In this document: piece after piece, positions 16,701 to 32,800 of the stretch
How the letters are laid out: every line of letters starts with the position of its first letter
Position numbering within the stretch: position 1 is the first letter of the stretch
NCBI GenBank assembly: GCA_964016885.1
Contig: OZ024742.1
Location: 371,690,001 to 371,754,000, forward strand
Direction of reading: 5' to 3'
Source of the DNA: Eledone cirrhosa
Lineage: Eukaryota
Length of the DNA stretch: 64,000 nucleotides
The notes under the pieces: generated by a model
Told to the model about the DNA's origin: nothing
Databases searched by the model: none
The model's input: the letters and a program-made list of their open reading frames with translations, nothing else
Position numbers and translations under genes: made by a program

Positions 16701-17800
16701 CTACATACTCTAAATGATACAGTCTACCTACTCTAAATGATAGCCTACCTACTCTAAATCATAGTCTACCTACTCTAAATAATAGTCTACCTACTCTAAA
16801 TAATAGTCTACCTACTCTAAATGATACAGTCTACCTACTCTAAATGATACAGCCTACCTACTCTAAATGATAGTCTACCTACTCTAAATGATACAGTCTA
16901 CCTACTCTAAATGATACAGTCTACCTACTCTAAATGATACAGTCTACCTACTCTAAATGATAGTCTACCTACTCTAAATGATACAGTCTACCTACTCTAA
17001 ATGATACAGTCTACCTACTCTAAATGATAGTCTACCTACTCTAAATGATAGTCTACCTACTCTAAATGATACAGTCTACCTACTCTAAATGATACAGTCT
17101 ACCTACTCTAAATTATACAGCCTACCTACTCTAAATGATACAGTCTACCTACTCTAAATGATAGTCTACCTACTCTAAATAATACAGTCTACCTACTCTA
17201 AATAATAGCCTACCTACTCTAAATGATAGTCTACCTACTCTAAATGATAGTCTACCTACTCTAAATAATAGTCTACCTACTCTAAATGATAGTCTACCTA
17301 CACTAAATAATACAGCCTACCTACGCTAAATGATAGCCTACCTGCTCTAAATGATAGTCTACCTACTCTAAATGATACAGTCTACCTACTCTAAATGATA
17401 GTCTACCTACTCTAAATGATACAGTCTACCTACTCTAAATGATAGTCTACCTACTCTAAATGATACAGTCTACCTACTCTAAATGATAGTCTACCTACTC
17501 TAAATGATAGTCTACCTACTCTAAATGATACAGTCTACCTACTCTAAATGATAGTCTACCTACTCTAAATGATAGTCTACCTACTCTAAATGATACAGTC
17601 TACCTACTCTAAATGATAGTCTACGAACTCTAAATGATACAGTCTACCTACTCTAAATGATAGTCTGCCTACTCTAAATGATAGTCTACCTACTCTAAAT
17701 AATAGTCTACCTACTCTAAATAATAGTCTACCTACCCTAAATGATACAGTCTACCTACTCTAAATGATACAGCCTACCTACTCTAAATGATAGTCTACCT
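13800..17800 (+). repeat. Duplicated block pair with offset ~1.7-2.3 kb
   Basis: ATACGC at 14261/16598 (offset 2337). TACGAACT followed by GTCTGCC at ~15943-15990 and ~17622-17670. The smaller offset in the second pair implies an internal gain or loss of monomers. Confidence 0.8.
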
Positions 17801-17899
17801 ACTCTAAATGATACAGTCTACCTACTCTAAATGATAGCCTACCTACTCTAAATGATAGTCTACCTACTCTAAATAATAGTCTACCTACTCTAAATGATA

Positions 17900-20800
17900 C
17901 AGTCTACCTACTCTAAATGATAGTCTACCTACTCTAAATAATAGTCTACCTACTCTAAATAATAGTCTACCTACTCTAAATGATACAGTCTACCTACTCT
18001 AAATGATACAGCCTACCTACTCTAAATGATACAGTCTACCTACTCTAAATGATACAGTCTACCTACTCTAAATGATAGTCTACCTACTATAAATGATACA
18101 GCCTACCTACTCTAAATGATACAGTCTACCTACTCTAAATGATAGTCTACCTTCTCTAAATGATACAGTCTACCTACTCTAAATGATAGACTACCTACTC
18201 TAAATGATACAGTCTACCTACTCTAAATGATAGTCTACCTACTCTAAATGATAGTCTACCTACTCTAAATGATGCAGTCTACCTACTCTAAATGATGCAG
18301 TCTACCTACTCTAAATGATACAGTCTACCTACTCTAAATGATACAGTCTACCTACTCTAAATGATAGTCTACCTACTCTAAATGATGCAGTCTACCTACT
18401 CTAAATGATACAGTCTACCTACTCTAATTGATAGTCTACCTACTCTAAATGATACAGTCTACCTACTCTAAATGATAGTCTACCTACTCTAAATGATACA
18501 GCCTACCTACTCTAAATGATACAGTCTACCTACTCTAAATGATAGTCTACCTACTCTAAATAATACAGGCTACCTACTCTAAATAATTATCTACCTACTC
18601 TAAATGATAGTCTACCTACTCTAAATGATAGTCTACCTACTCTAAATAATACAGTCTATCTACTCTAAATGATAGTCTACCTACTCTAAATAATAGTCTA
18701 CCTACTCTAAATAATAGTCTACCTACTCTAAATGATAGTCTACCTACTCTAAATAATAGAGTGTATCTACTCTAAATGATAGTCTACCTACTCTAAATGA
18801 TACAGCCTACCTACTCTAAATGATAGTCTACCTACTCTAAATGATAGTCTACCTACTCTAAATGATAGTCTACCTACTCTAAATGATAGTCTACCTACTC
18901 TAAATGATAGTCTACCTACTCTAAATAATAGTCTACCTACTCTAAATGATACAGTCTACCTACTCTAAATGATAGTCTACCTACTCTAAATGATACAGTC
19001 TACCTACTCTAAATGATAGTCTACCTACTCTAAATAATAGTCTACCTACTCTAAATAATAGTCTACCTACTCTAAATAATAGTCTACCTACTCTAAATGA
19101 TACAGTCTACCTACTCTAAATGATAGTCTACCTACTCTAAATGATACAGTCTACCTACTCTAAATGATAGCCTATCTACTCTAAATGATAGTCTACCTAC
19201 TCTAAATAATAGTCTACCTACTCTAAATAATAGTCTACCTACTCTAAATAATAGTCTACCTACTCTAAATGATACAGTCTACCTACTCTAAATGATACAG
19301 CCTACCTACTCTAAATGATAGTCTACCTACTCTAAATGATACAGTCTACCTACTCTAAATGATACAGTCTACCTACTCTAAATGATAGTCTACCTACTCT
19401 AAATGATACAGCCTACCTACTCTAAATGATACAGTCTACCTACTCTAAATGATAGTCTACCTACTCTAAATGATACAGTCTACCTACTCTAAATGATAGC
19501 CTACCTACTCTAAATAATACAGTCTACCTACTCTAAATAATACAGTCTACCTACTCTAAATGATACAGTCTACCTACTCTAAATGATAGTCTACCTACTC
19601 TAAATGATACAGTCTACCTACTCTAAATGATACAGCCTACCTACTCTAAATGATAGTCTACCTACTCTAAATGATACAGTCTACCTACTCTAAATGATAG
19701 TCTACCTACTCTAAATGATAGTCTACCTACTCTAAATGATACAGTCTACCTACTCTAAATGATAGTCTACCTACTCTAAATGATAGTCTACCTACTCTAA
19801 ATGATACAGTCTACCTACTCTAAATGATCGTCTACGTACTCTAAATGATACAGTCTACCTACTCTAAATGATAGCCTACCTACTCTAAATGATAGCCTAC
19901 CTACTCTAAATGATAGTCTACCTACTCTAAAGAATAGTCTACCTACTCTAAATAATAGTCTACCTACTCTAAATGATACGGTCTACCTACTCTAAATGAT
20001 ACAGTCTACCTACTCTAAATGATACAGCCTACCTACTCTAAATGATAGTCTACCTACTCTAAATGATACAGTCTACCTACTCTAAATGATAGCCTACCTA
20101 CTCTAAATGATAGTCTACCTACTCTTAATAATAGTCTACCTACTCTAAATAATAGTCTACCTACTCTAAATGATACAGTCTACCTACTCTAAATGATACA
20201 GCCTACCTACTCTAAATGATACAGTCTACCTACTCTAAATGATACAGTCTACCTACTCTAAATGATAGTCTACCTACTCTAAATGATACAGCCTACCTAC
20301 TCTAAATGATACAGTCTACCTACTCTAAATGATAGTCTACCTTCTCTAAATGATACAGTCTACCTACTCTAAATGATAGACTACCTACTCTAAATGATAC
20401 AGTCTACCTACTCTAAATGATAGTCTACCTACTCTAAATGATAGTCTACCTACTCTAAATGATGCAGTCTACCTACTCTAAATGATGCAGTCTACCTACT
20501 CTAAATGATACAGTCTACCTACTCTAAATGATACAGTCTACCTACTCTAAATGATAGTCTACCTACTCTAAATGATGCAGTCTACCTACTCTAAATGATA
20601 CAGTCTACCTACTCTAATTGATAGTCTACCTACTCTAAATGATACAGTTAACCTACTCTAAATGATAGTCTACCTACTCTAAATGATACAGCCTACCTAC
20701 TCTAAATGATACAGTCTACCTACTCTAAATGATAGTCTACCTACTCTAAATAATACAGGCTACCTACTCTAAATAATAGTCTACCTACTCTAAATGATAG

Positions 20801-23800
20801 TCTACCTACTCTAAATGATAGTCTACCTACTCTAAATAATACAGTCTATCTACTCTAAATGATAGTCTACCTACTCTAAATAATAGTCTACCTACTCTAA
20901 ATAATAGTCTACCTACTCTAAATGATAGTCTACCTACTGTAAATAATACAGCCTACCTACTCTAAATGATAGTCTACCTACTCTAAATAATAGTCTACCT
21001 ACTCTAAATGATACAGCCTACCTACTCTAAATGATAGTCTACCTACTCTAAATGATAGTCTACCTACTCTAAATGATACAGTCTACCTACTCTAAATGAT
21101 ACAGTCTACCTACTCTAAATGATAGCCTACCTACTCTAAATGATAGTCTACCTACTCTAAAGAAGTCTACCTACTCTAAATAATAGTCTACCTACTCTAA
21201 ATAATAGTCTACCTACTCTAAATGATACAGTCTACCTACTCTAAATGATACAGCCTACCTACTCTAAATGATAGTCTACCTACTCTAAATTATACAGTCT
21301 ACCTACTCTAAATGATAGCCTACCTACTCTAAATGATAGTCTACCTACTCTAAATAATAGTCTACCTACTCTAAATAATAGTCTACCTACTCTAAATGAT
21401 ACAGTCTACCTACTCTAAATGATACAGCCTACCTACTCTAAATGATAGTCTACCTACTCTAATTGATACAGTCTACCTACTCTAAATGATACAGTCTACC
21501 TACTCTAAATGATAGTCTACCTACTCTAAATGATACAGCCTACCTACTCTAAATGATACAGTCTACCTACTCTAAATGATAGTCTACCTTCTCTAAATGA
21601 TACAGTCTACCTACTCTAAATGATAGCCTACCTACTCTAAATAATACAGTCTACCTACTCTAAATGATACAGTCTACCTACTCTAAATGATAGTCTACCT
21701 ACTCTAAATGATACAGCCTACCTACTCTAAATGATAGTCTACCTACTCTAAATGATAGTCTACCTACTCTAAATGATAGTCTACCTACTCTAAATGATAG
21801 TCTACCTACTCTAAATGATAGTCTACCTACTCTAAATAATAGTCTACCTACTCTAAATGATACAGTCTACCTACTCTAAATGATAGTCTACCTACTCTAA
21901 ATGATACAGTCTACCTACTCTAAATGATAGTCTACCTACTCTAAATGATAGTCTACCTACTCTAAATGATACAGTCTACCTACTCTAAATGATAGTCTAC
22001 CTACTCTAAATGATACAGTCTACCTACTCTAAATGATACAGTCTACCTACTCTAAATGATAGTCTACCTACTCTAAATGATACAGTCTACCTACTCTAAA
22101 TGATAGTCTACCTACTCTAAATGATACAGTCTACCTACTCTAAATGATAGTCTACCTACTCTAAATGATACAGTCTAACTACTCTAAATGATAGTCTACC
22201 TACTCTAAATGATAGTCTACCTACTCTAAATGATACAGTCTACCTACTCTAAATGATAGTCTACGTACTCTAAATGATACAGTCTACCTACTCTAAATGA
22301 TAGTCTACCTACTCTAAATGATACAGTCTACCTACTCTAAATGATACAGTCTACCTACTCTAAATGATACAGTCTACCTACTCTAAATGATAGTCTACCT
22401 ACTCTAAATGATACAGTCTACCTACTCTAAATGATAGTCTACCTACTCTAAATGATACAGTCTACCTACTCTAAATGATACAGCCTACCTACTCTAAATG
22501 ATACAGTCTACCTACTCTAAATGATAGTCTACCTACTCTAAATAATACAGACTACCTACTCTAAATAATAGTCTACCTACTCTAAATGATAGTCTACCTA
22601 CTCTAAATGATAGTCTACCTACTCTAAATAATAGAGTGTATCTACTCTAAATGATAGTCTACCTACTCTAAATGATACAGCCTACCTACTCTAAATGATA
22701 GTCTACCTACTCTAAATGATAGTCTACCTACTCTAAATGATAGTCTACCTACGCTAAATGATAGTCTACCTACTCTAAATGATAGTCTACCTACTCTAAA
22801 TAATAGTCTACCTACTCTAAATGATACAGTCTACCTACTCTAAATGATAGTCTACCTACTCTAAATGATACAGTCTACCTACTCTAAATGATACAGCCTA
22901 TCTACTCTAAATGATAGTCTACCTACTCTAAATAATAGTCTACCTACTCTAAATAATAGTCTACCTACTCTAAATAATAGTCTACCTACTCTAAATGATA
23001 CAGTCTACCTACTCTAAATGATACAGTCTACCTATTCTAAATGATAGTCTACCTACTCTAAATGATACAGTCTACCTACTCTAAATGATACAGTCTACCT
23101 ACTCTAAATGATAGTCTACCTACTCTAAATGATACAGTCTACCTACTCTAAATGATAGTCTACCTACTCTAAATGATACAGTCTACCTACTCTAAATGAT
23201 AGTCTACCTACTCTAAATGATACAGTCTACCTACTCTAAATGATAGTCTACCTACTCTAAATGATAGTCTACCTACTCTAAATGATACAGTCTACCTACT
23301 CTAAATGATAGTCTACGTACTCTAAATGATACAGTCTACCTACTCTAAATGATAGTCTACCTACTCTAAATGATACAGTCTACCTACTCTAAATGATACA
23401 GTCTACCTACTCTAAATGATACAGTCTACCTACTCTAAATGATAGTCTACCTACTCTAAATGATACAGTCTACCTACTCTAAATGATAGTCTACCTACTC
23501 TAAATGATACAGTCTACCTACTCTAAATGATACAGCCTACCTACTCTAAATGATACAGTCTACCTACTCTAAATGATAGTCTACCTACTCTAAATAATAC
23601 AGACTACCTACTCTAAATAATAGTCTACCTACTCTAAATGATAGTCTACCTACTCTAAATGATAGTCTACCTACTCTAAATAATAGAGTGTATCTACTCT
23701 AAATGATAGTCTACCTACTCTAAATGATACAGCCTACCTACTCTAAATGATAGTCTACCTACTCTAAATGATAGTCTACCTACTCTAAATGATAGTCTAC

Positions 23801-26800
23801 CTACTCTAAATGATAGTCTACCTACTCTAAATGATAGTCTACCTACTCTAAATAATAGTCTACCTACTCTAAATGATACAGTCTACCTACTCTAAATGAT
23901 AGTCTACCTACTCTAAATGATACAGTCTACCTACTCTAAATGATAGTCTACCTACTCTAAATAATAGTCTACCTACTCTAAATAATAGTCTACCTACTCT
24001 AAATGATACAGTCTACCTACTCTAAATGATACAGCATACCTACTCTAAATGATAGTCTACCTACTCTAAATGATACAGTCTACCTACTCTAAATGATAGC
24101 CTATCTACTCTAAATGATAGTCTACCTACTCTAAATAATAGTCTACCTACTCTAAATAATAGTCTACCTACTCTAAATGATACAGTCTACCTACTCTAAA
24201 TGATACAGTCTACCTACTCTAAATGATAGTCTACCTACTCTAAATGATACAGCCTACCTACTCTAAATGATACAGTCTACCTACTCTAAATGATAGTCTA
24301 CCTACTCTAAATGATACAGTCTACCTACTCTAAATAATACAGTCTACCTACTCTAAATGATACAGTCTACCTACTCTAAATGATAGTCTACCTACTCTAA
24401 ATGATACAGTCTACCTACTCTAAATGATAGTCTACCTACTCTAAATGATACAGTCTACCTACTCTAAATGATAGCCTACCTACTCTAAATAATACAGTCT
24501 ACCTACTCTAAATAATACAGTCTACCTACTCTAAATGATACAGTCTACCTACTCTAAATGATAGTCTACCTACTCTAAATGATACAGTCTACCTACTCTA
24601 AATGATACAGCCTACCTACTCTAAATGATAGTCTACCTACTCTAAATGATACAGTCTACCTACTCTAAATGATAGTCTACCTACTCTAAATGATAGTCTA
24701 CCTACTCTAAATGATACAGTCTACCTACTCTAAATGATAGTCTACCTACTCTAAATGATAGTCTACCTACTCTAAATGATACAGTCTACCTACTCTAAAT
24801 GATCGTCTACGTACTCTAAATGATACAGTCTACCTACTCTAAATGATAGCCTACCTACTCTAAATGATAGCCTACCTACTCTAAATGATAGTCTACCTAC
24901 TCTAAAGAATAGTCTACCTACTCTAAATAATAGTCTACCTACTCTAAATGATACGGTCTACCTACTCTAAATGGTACAGTCTACCTACTCTAAATGATAC
25001 AGCCTACCTACTCTAAATGATAGTCTACCTACTCTAAATGATACAGTCTACCTACTCTAAATGATAGCCTACCTACTCTAAATGATACAGTCTACCTACT
25101 CTAAATAATAGTCTACCTACTCTAAATAATAGTCTACCTACTCTAAATGATACAGTCTACCTACTCTAAATGATACAGCCTACCTACTCTAAATGATACA
25201 GTCTACCTACTCTAAATGATACAGTCTACCTACTCTAAATGATAGTCTACCTACTCTAAATGATACAGCCTACCTACTCTAAATGATACAGTCTACCTAC
25301 TCTAAATGATAGTCTACCTTCTCTAAATGATACAGTCTACCTACTCTAAATGATAGACTACCTACTCTAAATGATACAGTCTACCTACTCTAAATGATAG
25401 TCTACCTACTCTAAATGATAGTCTACCTACTCTAAATGATGCAGTCTACCTACTCTAAATGATGCAGTCTACCTACTCTAAATGATACAGTCTACCTACT
25501 CTAAATGATACAGTCTACCTACTCTAAATGATAGTCTACCTACTCTAAATGATGCAGTCTACCTACTCTAAATGATACAGTCTACCTACTCTAATTGATA
25601 GTCTACCTACTCTAAATGATACAGTCTACCTACTCTAAATGATAGTCTACCTACTCTAAATGATACAGCCTACCTACTCTAAATGATACAGTCTACCTAC
25701 TCTAAATGATAGTCTACCTACTCTAAATAATACAGGCTACCTACTCTAAATAATAGTCTACCTACTCTAAATGATAGTCTACCTACTCTAAATGATAGTC
25801 TACCTACTCTAAATAATACAGTCTATCTACTCTAAATGATAGTCTACCTACTCTAAATAATAGTCTACCTACTCTAAATAATAGTCTACCTACTCTAAAT
25901 GATAGTCTACCTACTGTAAATAATACAGCCTACCTACTCTAAATGATAGTCTACCTACTCTAAATAATAGTCTACCTACTCTAAATGATACAGCCTACCT
26001 ACTCTAAATGATAGTCTACCTACTCTAAATGATAGTCTACCTACTCTAAATGATAGTCTACCTACTCTAAATAATACAGCCTACCTACGCTAAATGATAG
26101 CCTACCTGCTCTAAATGATAGTCTACCTACTCTAAATGATACAGTCTACCTACTCTAAATGATAGTCTACCTACTCTAAATGATACAGTCTACCTACTCT
26201 AAATGATAGTCTACCTACTCTAAATGATAGTCTACCTACTCTAAATGATACAGTCTACCTACTCTAAATGATAGTCTACCTACTCTAAATGATAGTCTAC
26301 CCACTCTAAATGATAGTCTACCTACTCTAAATGATACAGTCTACCTACTCTAAATGATACAGTCTACCTACTCTAAATGATAGCCTACCTACTCTAAATG
26401 ATAGTCTACCTACTCTAAAGAAGTCTACCTACTCTAAATAATAGTCTACCTACTCTAAATAATAGTCTACCTACTCTAAATGATACAGTCTACCTACTCT
26501 AAATGATACAGCCTACCTACTCTAAATGATAGTCTACCTACTCTAAATGATACAGTCTACCTACTCTAAATGATAGCCTACCTACTCTAAATGATAGTCT
26601 ACCTACTCTAAATAATAGTCTACCTACTCTAAATGATACAGTCTACCTACTCTAAATGATACAGCCTACCTACTCTAAATGATAGTCTACCTACTCTAAT
26701 TGATACAGTCTCCCTACTCTAAATGATACAGTCTACCTACTCTAAATGATAGTCTACCTACTCTAAATGATACAGCCTACCTACTCTAAATGATACAGTC

Positions 26801-29800
26801 TACCTACTCTAAATGATACAGTCTACCTACTCTAAATGATAGTCTACCTACTCTAAATGATACAGCCTACCTACTCTAAATGATACAGTCTACCTACTCT
26901 AAATGATAGTCTACCTACTCTAAATAATACAGGCTACCTACTCTAAATAATAGTCTACCTACTCTAAATGATAGTCTACCTACTCTAAATGATAGTCTAC
27001 CTACTCTAAATGATAGTCTACCTACTCTAAATGATAGTCTACCTACTCTAAATGATAGTCTACCTACTCTAAATAATAGTCTACCTACTCTAAATGATAC
27101 AGTCTACCTACTCTAAATGATAGTCTACCTACTCTAAATGATAGTCTACCTACTCTAAATGATACAGTCTACCTACTCTAAATGATAGTCTACCTACTCT
27201 AAATGATACAGTCTACCTACTCTAAATGATACAGTCTACCTACTCTAAATGATAGTCTACCTACTCTAAATGATACAGTCTACCTACTCTAAATGATAGT
27301 CTACCTACTCTAAATGATACAGTCTACCTACTCTAAATGATAGTCTACCTACTCTAAATGATACAGTCTACCTACTCTAAATGATAGTCTACCTACTCTA
27401 AATGATAGTCTACCTACTCTAAATGATACAGTCTACCTACTCTAAATGATAGTCTACGTACTCTAAATGATACAGTCTACCTACTCTAAATGATAGTCTA
27501 CCTACTCTAAATGATACAGTCTACCTACTCTAAATGATACAGTCTACCTACTCTAAATGATACAGTCTACCTACTCTAAATGATAGTCTACCTACTCTAA
27601 ATGATACAGTCTACCTACTCTAAATGATAGTCTACCTACTCTAAATGATACAGTCTACCTACTCTAAATGATACAGCCTACCTACTCTAAATGATACAGT
27701 CTACCTACTCTAAATGATAGTCTACCTACTCTAAATAATACAGACTACCTACTCTAAATAATAGTCTACCTACTCTAAATGATAGTCTACCTACTCTAAA
27801 TGATAGTCTACCTACTCTAAATAATAGAGTGTATCTACTCTAAATGATAGTCTACCTACTCTAAATGATACAGCCTACCTACTCTAAATGATAGTCTACC
27901 TACTCTAAATGATAGTCTACCTACTCTAAATGATAGTCTACCTACTCTAAATGATAGTCTACCTACTCTAAATGATAGTCTACCTACTCTAAATAATAGT
28001 CTACCTACTCTAAATGATACAGTCTACCTACTCTAAATGATAGTCTACCTACTCTAAATGATACAGTCTACCTACTCTAAATGATAGTCTACCTACTCTA
28101 AATGATAGTCTACCTACTCTAAATGATACAGTCTACCTACTCTAAATGATAGTCTACCTACTCTAAATGATACAGTCTACCTACTCTAAATGATACAGTC
28201 TACCTACTCTAAATGATAGTCTACCTACTCTAAATGATACAGTCTACCTACTCTAAATGATAGTCTACCTACTCTAAATGATACAGTCTACCTACTCTAA
28301 ATGATAGTCTACCTACTCTAAATGATACAGTCTACCTACTCTAAATGATAGTCTACCTACTCTAAATGATAGTCTACCTACTCTAAATGATACAGTCTAC
28401 CTACTCTAAATGATAGTCTACGTACTCTAAATGATACAGTCTACCTACTCTAAATGATAGTCTACCTACTCTAAATGATACAGTCTACCTACTCTAAATG
28501 ATACAGTCTACCTACTCTTAATGATACAGTCTACCTACTCTAAATGATAGTCTACCTACTCTAAATGATACAGTCTACCTACTCTAAATGATAGTCTACC
28601 TACTCTAAATGATACAGTCTACCTACTCTAAATGATACAGCCTACCTACTCTAAATGATACAGTCTACCTACTCTAAATGATACAGTCTACCTACTCTAA
28701 ATGATAGCCTACCTACTCTAAATGATAGTCTACCTACTCTAAATAATAGTCTACCTACTCTAAATAATAGTCTACCTACTCTAAATGATACAGCCTACCT
28801 ACTCTAAATGATACAGTCTACCTACTCTAAATAATAGAGTGTATCTACTCTAAATGATAGCCTACCTACTCTAAATAATACAGTCTACCTACTCTAAATG
28901 ATACAGCCTACCTACTCTAAATGATAGTCTACCTACTCTAAATGATAGTCTAGCTACTCTAAATGATACAGTCTACCTACTCTAAATGATACAGCCTACC
29001 TACTCTAAATGATAGTCTACCTACTCTAAATAATAGCCTACCTACTCTAAATGATAGTCTACCTACTCTAAATGATAGTCTACCTACTCTAAATAATAGC
29101 CTACCTACTCTAAATGATAGTCTACCTACTCTAAATGATAGTCTACCTACTCTAAATGATAGTCTACCTACTCCAAATGATAATCTACCTACTCTAAATG
29201 ATAGTCTACCTACTCTAAATGATAGTCTACCTACTCTAAATGATACAGTCTACCTACTCTAAATGATAGTCTACCTACTCTAAATGATAGTCTACCTACT
29301 CTAAATGATACAGTCTACCTACTCTAAATGATAGTCTACCTACTCTAAATGATACAGTCTACCTACTCTAAATGATAGTCTACCTACTCTAAATGATAGT
29401 CTACCTACTCTAAATGATACAGTCTACCTACTCTAAATGATAGTCTACCTACTCTAAATGATAGTCTACCTACTCTAAATGATACAGTCTACCTACTCTA
29501 AATGATAGTCTACCTACAATAAATGATACAGTCTACCTACTCTAAATGATAGTCTACCTACTCTAAATGATAGTCTACCTACTCTAAATAATAGTCTACC
29601 TACTCTAAATGATACAGTCTACCTACTCTAAATGATAGTCTACCTACTCTAAATCATACAGTCTACCTACTCTAAATGATAGTCTACCTACTCTAAGTGA
29701 TACAGTCTACCTACTCTAAATGATAGTCTACCTACTCTAAATGATAGTCTACCTACTCTAAATAATAGTCTACCTACACTAAATGATACAGTCTACCTAC

Positions 29801-32800
29801 TCTAAATAATAGTCTACCTACTCTAAATAATAGTCTACCTACTCTAAATGATACAGTCTACCTACTCTAAATGATACAGCATACCTACTCTAAATGATAG
29901 TCTACCTACTCTAAATGATACAGTCTACCTACTCTAAATGAAAGCCTATCTACTCTAAATGATAGTCTACCTACTCTAAATAATAGTCTACCTACTCTAA
30001 ATAATAGTCTACCTACTCTAAATGATACAGTCTACCTACTCTAAATAATAGTCTACCTACTCTAAATGATACAGTCTACCTACTCTAAATGATACAGCCT
30101 ACCTACTCTAAATGATAGTCTACCTACTCTAAATGATACAGTCTACCTACTCTAAATGATACAGTCTACCTACTCTAAATGATAGTCTACCTACTCTAAA
30201 TGATACAGCCTACCTACTCTAAATGATACAGTCTACCTACTCTAAATGATAGTCTACCTACTCTAAATGATACAGTCTACCTACTCTAAATGATAGCCTA
30301 CCTACTCTAAATAATACAGTCTACCTACTCTAAATAATACAGTCTACCTACTCTAAATGATACAGTCTACCTACTCTAAATGATAGTCTACCTACTCTAA
30401 ATGATACAGTCTACCTACTCTAAATGATACAGCCTACCTACTCTAAATGATAGTCTACCTACTCTAAATGATACAGTCTACCTACTCTAAATGATAGTCT
30501 ACCTACTCTAAATGATAGTCTACCTACTCTAAATGATACAGTCTACCTACTCTAAATGATAGTCTACCTACTCTAAATGATAGTCTACCTACTCTAAATG
30601 ATACAGTCTACCTACTCTAAATGATCGTCTACGTACTCTAAATGATACAGTCTACCTACTCTAAATGATAGCCTACCTACTCTAAATGATAGCCTACCTA
30701 CTCTAAATGATAGTCTACCTACTCTAAAGAATAGTCTACCTACTCTAAATAATAGTCTATCTACTCTAAATGATACGGTCTACCTACTCTAAATGATACA
30801 GTCTACCTACTCTAAATGATACAGCCTACCTACTCTAAATGATAGTCTACCTACTCTAAATGATACAGTCTACCTACTCTAAATGATAGCCTACCTACTC
30901 TAAATGATAGTCTACCTACTCTAAATAATAGTCTACCTACTCTAAATAATAGTCTACCTACTCTAAATGATACAGTCTACCTACTCTAAATGATACAGCC
31001 TACCTACTCTAAATGATACAGTCTACCTACTCTAAATGATACAGTCTACCTACTCTAAATGATAGTCTACCTACTCTAAATGATACAGCCTACCTACTCT
31101 AAATGATACAGTCTACCTACTCTAAATGATAGTCTACCTTCTCTAAATGATACAGTCTACCTACTCTAAATGATAGTCTACCTACTCTAAATGATAGTCT
31201 ACCTACTCTAAATGATGCAGTCTACCTACTCTAAATGATGCAGTCTACCTACTCTAAATGATACAGTCTACCTACTCTAAATGATACAGTCTACCTACTC
31301 TAAATGATAGTCTACCTACTCTAAATGATGCAGTCTACCTACTCTAAATGATACAGTCTACCTACTCTAATTGATAGTCTACCTACTCTAAATGATACAG
31401 TCTACCTACTCTAAATGATAGTCTACCTACTCTAAATGATACAGCCTACCTACTCTAAATGATACAGTCTACCTACTCTAAATGATAGTCTACCTACTCT
31501 AAATAATACAGGCTACCTACTTTAAATAATAGTCTACCTACTCTAAATGATAGTCTACCTACTCTAAATGATAGTCTACCTACTCTAAATAATACAGTCT
31601 ATCTACTCTAAATGATAGTCTACCTACTCTAAATAATAGTCTACCTACTCTAAATAATAGTCTACCTACTCTAAATGATAGTCTACCTACTGTAAATAAT
31701 ACAGCCTACCTACTCTAAATGATAGTCTACCTACTCTAAATAATAGTCTACCTACTCTAAATGATACAGCCTACCTACTCTAAATGATAGTCTACCTACT
31801 CTAAATGATAGTCTACCTACTCTAAATAATAGTCTACCTACTCTAAATGATAGTCTACCTACACTAAATAATACAGCCTACCTATGCTAAATGATAGCCT
31901 ACCTGCTCTAAATGATAGTCTACCTACTCTAAATGATACAGTCTACCTACTCTAAATGATAGTCTACCTACTCTAAATGATACAGTCTACCTACTCTAAA
32001 TGATAGTCTACCTACTATAAATGATAGTCTACCTACTCTAAATGATACAGTCTACCTACTCTAAATGATAGTCTACCTACTCTAAATGATAGTCTACCTA
32101 CTCTAAATGATACAGTCTACCTACTCTAAATGATACAGTCTACCTACTCTAAATGATAGCCTACCTACTCTAAATAATAGTCTACCTACTCTAAATGATA
32201 CAGTCTACCTACTCTAAATGATACAGCCTACCTACTCTAAATGATAGTCTACCTACTCTAAATGATACAGTCTACCTACTCTAAATGATAGCCTACCTAC
32301 TCTAAATGATAGTCTACCTACTCTAAATAATAGTCTACCTACTCTAAATAATAGTCTACCTACTCTAAATGATACAGTCTACCTACTCTAAATGATACAG
32401 CCTACCTACTCTAAATGATAGTCTACCTACTCTAATTGATACAGTCTACCTACTCTAAATGATACAGTCTACCTACTCTAAATGATAGTCTACCTACTCT
32501 AAATGATACAGCCTACCTACTCTAAATGATACAGTCTACCTACTCTAAATGATAGTCTACCTTCTCTAAATGATACAGTCTACCTACTCTAAATGATAGC
32601 CTACCTACTCTAAATAATACAGTCTACCTACTCTAAATGATACAGTCTACCTACTCTAAATGATAGTCTACCTACTCTAAATGATACAGCCTACCTACTC
32701 TAAATGATAGTCTACCTACTCTAAATGATAGTCTACCTACTCTAAATGATAGTCTACCTACTCTAAATGATAGTCTACCTACTCTAAATGATAGTCTACC

